Shown here in pieces: positions 18,305 to 19,807 of a DNA stretch of 19,807 nt. The notes under the pieces were generated by a model, which saw only the letters and a list, made by a program, of their open reading frames with translations, was not told the origin of the DNA and ran no database searches. The translations under genes and the position numbers were made by a program. The DNA comes from a virus (lineage: Duplodnaviria; Heunggongvirae; Uroviricota; Caudoviricetes), in the IMG/VR virus record IMGVR_UViG_3300037333_000017, positions 86,295-106,101 of that record; one strand, 5' to 3'. How positions within the stretch are numbered: the first letter of the stretch is position 1; every line of letters starts with the position of its first letter.

Positions 18305-18685
18305 ATGACTACGATTCCGGTAAAAGGGTTCGAAGGAATTTATTCCGTATCGGACTCCGGAGATGTTTATAGTCTTAGTAGAAAAGTTGTAGACAAGAAC
18401 GGTAGGGTAACGCAACTGCAAGAGCGTAAGATATCTCCCATACTTAAAGACGGATACCTTAGAGTTGTCTTGTATAAAAACGGTAAGAGTATAAATAGGT
18501 ATCTACACGTGTTAGTAGCCGAGCACTTCATACCTAACCCGGATAACAAACCAGAAGTAAACCATATAGACGGTAATAAACTAAATTGTGCAAAATCAAA
18601 CTTAGAGTGGAATACTAGGAGCGAGAACATAAGACACATGTGGAAGACCGGCTTAAGAAAGCGTAACAAAAAGACAGATACTTAG
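18305..18685 (+). CDS. Free-standing NUMOD4-HNH homing endonuclease
   Basis: N-terminal NUMOD4-like IPVKGFEGIYSVSDSGDVYSL, then HNH core YLHVLVAEHFIPNPDNKPEVNHIDGNKLNCAKSNLEW. Confidence 0.9.
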   Translation: MTTIPVKGFEGIYSVSDSGDVYSLSRKVVDKNGRVTQLQERKISPILKDGYLRVVLYKNGKSINRYLHVLVAEHFIPNPDNKPEVNHIDGNKLNCAKSNLEWNTRSENIRHMWKTGLRKRNKKTDT

Positions 18686-18708
18686 GTATCTGTCCTCGCA
18701 TTTTTTTT
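18673..18708 (+). terminator. Intrinsic terminator-like hairpin
   Basis: GACAGATAC-TTAG-GTATCTGTC (9-bp stem), a 6-nt gap, then T8 (18701-18708). Confidence 0.7.
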
Positions 18709-18723
18709 ACCTACATATAATAA
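18708..18723 (+). promoter_or_regulatory. Third, core-only copy of the promoter-like motif
   Basis: TACCTACATATAATAA matches the core TACCTATATATAATAA of copies A (15564-79) and B (19429-44) at 15/16 positions. Lies upstream of the HD gene. Confidence 0.6.
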
Positions 18724-18766
18724 AGGAGTCTTATGGACTAAATTAAAAAAAAAACAAGGAGTTATC

Positions 18767-19357
18767 ATGAAGATGGTGACAAGAGAGATGATGGAGGTCT
18801 TCGATGACCATAGAGAGCTGTTCGACGCGCATACAGGTGCGCATGGTGAAAGACATGTATTCGACGTATTTAGAAATCTATGTTCCGATACTGAACTAAG
18901 AATAGAGGTAGCGTGGATATTAGCGTACTGTCATGACTTATTCTCAGGAACGAATGAGAATAACCACGAGGAGATGGGTGCGAATTTTGTCGAGCTCTGT
19001 CCTGATGAGTTCATTATAAAACATACAACACGCGAGGAGCGTGTAGAAATAGCTGACGCAATACGTAACCATAGGGCCTCTAGGAACGTGCCGGACAGTC
19101 CTGGATCGATGACGCTCCAACTTAGATCGGCAGACTCAGGGAAGCTTGTTGCGATAAACGTAATAAAAAGATCTATAAAACACTACGGCTCCGGCACGCC
19201 TAGAGAGATAGCTGAGAATGTACTTCAACACATGAAGGATAAATTCTATCGTGACGGCTATCTGTATGACGAATTTAGAAAGCCTGACAACGGGTTTATA
19301 GAGGACCTAGAGACATACGATCTGAACGCTATAGAAGAGCTTGTGGTAGCTGGTTAA
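18767..19357 (+). CDS. HD-domain metal-dependent phosphohydrolase
   Basis: HGERHV ... AYCHDL ... NHEEMGA ... IRNHRAS ... SADSG gives the H...HD...H...H...D metal-ligand pattern. A10 tract plus AAGGAG SD. Confidence 0.85.
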   Translation: MKMVTREMMEVFDDHRELFDAHTGAHGERHVFDVFRNLCSDTELRIEVAWILAYCHDLFSGTNENNHEEMGANFVELCPDEFIIKHTTREERVEIADAIRNHRASRNVPDSPGSMTLQLRSADSGKLVAINVIKRSIKHYGSGTPREIAENVLQHMKDKFYRDGYLYDEFRKPDNGFIEDLETYDLNAIEELVVAG

Positions 19358-19362
19358 ACATA

Positions 19363-19400
19363 GTAGTGGTGGCATGCCACCACTACGTATTGTTTTTTTT
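19363..19400 (+). terminator. Intrinsic terminator-like hairpin
   Basis: Perfect 24-bp palindrome GTAGTGGTGGCATGCCACCACTAC (19363-86), a 6-nt gap, then T8 (19393-19400). Confidence 0.8.
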
Positions 19401-19413
19401 ATGTCATAAATAG

Positions 19414-19463
19414 CATCCGAACTTATTATACCTATATATAATAAGAGTGATCTAACTAGATTA
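19414..19463 (+). promoter_or_regulatory. Repeated 50-bp promoter-like cassette, copy B
   Basis: CATCCGAACTTATTATACCTATATATAATAAGAGTGATCTAACTAGATTA is 46/50 identical to 15549-15598. Confidence 0.7.
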
Positions 19464-19477
19464 GATGAAATTACCGT

Positions 19478-19498
19478 CACACATGTCTCTCATGTGTG
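19478..19498 (+). other. Leader stem-loop (8-bp stem)
   Basis: CACACATG-TCTCT-CATGTGTG, between cassette B and the next SD (AAAGGGGA). Confidence 0.5.
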
Positions 19499-19516
19499 TG
19501 ACACGAAAGGGGAATT

Positions 19517-19807
19517 ATGAGAGTTTTAAATCTAACTCCACACGCTATCGTTGTAGATAACGGTGTTGACAAAAAGACATACGAGCCGTCAGGTGAGTTG
19601 GCTAGAGTCAATACTGAAACTACTGTGGTAGGGTCAGTGGACGGATTTGAAATCGTTGAGTCAACTGTGACTGGCGACAATCTTCCTGTTCAGGAAGAAG
19701 GAACTTACCTACTTGTTTCGGCAATGGTTAAGGGACTTCGTCCTGACAGAAAGGATCTGTTAGCGCCTAACACAGCTAAGGCTACTAGAAATGAAAAAGG
19801 ACACATC
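19517..19807 (+). CDS. NLTPH-motif small phage protein of unknown function (3' partial)
   Basis: MRVLNLTPHAIVV...YEPSGELARV...LPVQEEGTYLLVSAMV...RPDRKDLLAP...RNEKGHI is open to the window end. The pattern matches a widespread uncharacterised phage family recalled from memory. Confidence 0.75.
   Translation, partial: MRVLNLTPHAIVVDNGVDKKTYEPSGELARVNTETTVVGSVDGFEIVESTVTGDNLPVQEEGTYLLVSAMVKGLRPDRKDLLAPNTAKATRNEKGHI

Noticed and set aside
18290-18710. HNH as part of a group I intron splitting a host gene
   Set aside because: The upstream gene ends with a normal stop and the downstream region is a terminator plus new promoter. There is no room for an intron core and no interrupted exon pair is evident.
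15549-19463. The 50-bp repeats as a CRISPR array or IS terminal repeats
   Set aside because: There are only two full copies, 3.9 kb apart and in direct orientation, with no spacers, cas genes or transposase.
15152-19680. Minus-strand ORFs in the accessory region (15152-15496, 15641-16306, 16694-17257, 17426-17797, 18173-18421, 18367-18669, 19477-19680)
   Set aside because: They are antisense to better-supported plus-strand genes and cross intergenic signals.
1-19807. Stop-codon reassignment, tRNA or rRNA genes
   Set aside because: Genes are full length and tightly packed in the standard code, with TAG, TAA and TGA all used as real stops next to SDs or overlaps. No cloverleaf or rRNA-like segment was seen, and the intergenic gaps are short.

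Overview
This window comes from a phiKZ-like jumbo phage (Chimalliviridae-type) genome. Positions 1-13.4 kb hold the conserved morphogenesis block. A tape-measure-like gene (phiKZ gp181 equivalent, minus strand, runs off the window, lysozyme-like domain at the edge) is divergent from an operon: virion RNA polymerase beta'-N (DFDGD), beta, a 56-aa ORF missing from the track, a gp177-position protein, a probable beta'-C fragment (gp176-like) and the prohead protease (gp175-like). A convergent minus-strand operon encodes a hypothetical protein plus an i-spanin/o-spanin pair, which implies a Gram-negative host. The last ~5 kb is accessory: a multi-TM membrane protein, a small basic ORF, a long internal-head protein, a NUMOD4-HNH endonuclease, an HD-domain protein and a partial NLTPH-motif protein. 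These genes are punctuated by a 50-bp repeated promoter-like cassette and by hairpins, three of which carry the upstream gene's stop codon in their loop. All family assignments come from motifs and synteny recognised by eye; no database search was run.
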